From an uncultured Ignavibacteriales bacterium (GTDB lineage: Bacteria; Bacteroidota; Ignavibacteria; Ch128b): a stretch of 41,603 nt of DNA. Made by a program: the position numbers and the translations under genes. The notes beneath the pieces are model-generated. The model saw only the letters and a program-made list of their open reading frames with translations, had not been told where the DNA came from and did no database searches. The stretch is taken from contig CAKZPH010000147.1 of the NCBI GenBank assembly GCA_937138605.1, positions 1 through 41,603 of the forward strand. Direction: 5' to 3'. Within the stretch, counting starts at the first letter, position 1. The number at the start of each line of letters is the position of its first letter. Positions 40,152-41,603 of the stretch are shown here, piece by piece.

Positions 40152-40910
40152 CTATCCAAACCGACCTGTAATATAATCTTCAGTTTGTTTTTCTTTTGGA
40201 GAAGTGAACATAATTCTCGTCTCATCAAATTCAATTAGTTTTCCCATATAAAAAAATCCAGTGTAGTCACTTACTCGTGCTGCCTGTTGCATATTGTGGG
40301 TTACGATTACAATAGTGTAATTCATTTTTAGTTCAAAAATTAAATCTTCAATCTTGGTTGTTGAAATTGGATCGAGTGCACTAGCTGGTTCATCCATAAG
40401 TAAAATTTCTGGATCTATCGCAAGCGCTCTGGCAATACATAATCTCTGCTGCTGTCCCCCTGAAAGCATAAGAGCACTTTTCTTGAGTTCATCTTTAACT
40501 TCATCCCACAAAGCGGAACGACGTAAACTTCGTTCAACAATTTCATCAAGTGTGGTTTTATCTTTTATACCTTGAATTCGCGGACCATACGCCACATTAT
40601 CATAAATAGATTTTGGAAATGGATTAGACTTTTGAAAAATCATTCCAACTCTTTTTCGCAACTCAACTACATCAATATTGTCTTTATAAATATTAACTCC
40701 ATCAATAAAAATATCCCCTTCAACTTTTATATCTTCAATTAAATCATTCATACGATTTAAAGTTCTCAAAAAAGTTGATTTTCCACATCCTGATGGGCCA
40801 ATTAGTGCAGTAACTTTCTTTTCCGGAATATCCATGGAAATATCAAACAGAGCTTGCTTTTTGTTGTAATAAAAATTCAGATTGCGAGTTTTTATCTTTA
40901 TGTTTTCCAT
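40152..40910 (-). CDS. pstB: Phosphate ABC transporter ATP-binding protein
   Basis: [48 protein letters not shown]. Confidence 0.98.
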   Translation of the reverse strand: MENIKIKTRNLNFYYNKKQALFDISMDIPEKKVTALIGPSGCGKSTFLRTLNRMNDLIEDIKVEGDIFIDGVNIYKDNIDVVELRKRVGMIFQKSNPFPKSIYDNVAYGPRIQGIKDKTTLDEIVERSLRRSALWDEVKDELKKSALMLSGGQQQRLCIARALAIDPEILLMDEPASALDPISTTKIEDLIFELKMNYTIVIVTHNMQQAARVSDYTGFFYMGKLIEFDETRIMFTSPKEKQTEDYITGRFG

Positions 40911-41603
40911 TTAACGTCCAGTTCTCAATTTTTCTCTAACTTTGTATCGCAAAAATATAGCAGTGAAGTTCAATGTGAAAGTCAAGAGCAAAAGAACTAA
41001 AGTTGTTGCGTATTGTATTCCAATAGTTTCTTCAACATTTGGAGATTGTGTGCTCATTATATAGATATGATAACCCAAATTCATAAATTGGTCAGAAAGT
41101 GAAGAAGGTAAGTAAGGCAAAAAGTATGCAGCTCCTGTAAAAAGAATTGGTGCGACTTCTCCTGCCCCACGACTTACTGCAAGTATGGTTCCAGTTAAAA
41201 TTCCTGTAAGTGAATTTGGGATTACGATCTTTTTTATAGTCTGCCACTTTGTTGCACCGAGAGACAGACTGGCTTCTCGTAAATCTCGCGGAACTGCTCT
41301 TATTGCTTCTTCAACCGAAACTACAACAACGGGCAAAGTTAAAAGTGCTAAAGTTGTTCCAGCCCAGAGGACATTTGGTTGCCCCCACTTCAGAATAGCA
41401 TTTCCATAGAGAACTGAATCTAATCCTTTCCCAACAAATTGAATGAAGAATCCCAAACCAAACAATCCAAAAACAATTGAAGGTACGCCAGCTAGAGTGT
41501 TTATAGCAAATCGTATCAATTTAACAAAAATAGATCCACTCGACGCATATTCACTTAAATAAATTGCAGAGATAATACCAATTGGAACACTCAAGATTGA
41601 CAT
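40911..41603 (-). CDS. pstA: Phosphate ABC transporter permease PstA (probably 5'-truncated by window edge)
   Basis: AIYLSEY, LAGVPSIVFGLFG, EASLSLGATKWQT, RGAGEVAP. Confidence 0.94.
   Translation of the reverse strand: MSILSVPIGIISAIYLSEYASSGSIFVKLIRFAINTLAGVPSIVFGLFGLGFFIQFVGKGLDSVLYGNAILKWGQPNVLWAGTTLALLTLPVVVVSVEEAIRAVPRDLREASLSLGATKWQTIKKIVIPNSLTGILTGTILAVSRGAGEVAPILFTGAAYFLPYLPSSLSDQFMNLGYHIYIMSTQSPNVEETIGIQYATTLVLLLLTFTLNFTAIFLRYKVREKLRTGR

Overview
AT-rich bacterial chromosomal segment, almost entirely housekeeping. Gene content (T9SS-type C-terminal sorting domain, Bacteroidota-type LptD, LepB and CoaBC, rpmG next to tRNA-Trp-secE) suggests the FCB group, most likely Ignavibacteria; this is inference. 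In order: rplK(partial)-nusG-secE-tRNA-Trp-rpmG-tRNA-Thr/Gly/Tyr with no tuf; an ~885 bp ORF-free gap; comM/yifB, rdgB, a nucleoside deaminase, an AhpD-like protein, a small beta-barrel and uvrA; a hypothetical, an S8 protease, lepB and lepA; a plus-strand phosphoesterase/HAD/membrane-protein cluster; a minus-strand operon transcribed as prenol kinase-DUF92 fusion, large TPR protein, outer-membrane barrel, HU, HU-TM-SPOR, ExbB, ExbD, TonB; a small TPR gene and tRNA-Leu; yicC-gmk-rpoZ-coaBC-udg-dnaB-ROK-lptD-NYN; and phoU-pstB-pstA(partial). I found no mobile element, CRISPR array or defence island. The best candidate for an uncharacterised system is the HU/SPOR/TonB operon, a possible energised nucleoid-to-septum-to-outer-membrane link. 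Other oddities are a tRNA-Tyr with C8 and an A7-G66 mismatch, a CoaBC with Ser at the catalytic Cys position, and a VTE5-VTE6-like fusion. All calls come from reading motifs by eye; no searches were run.
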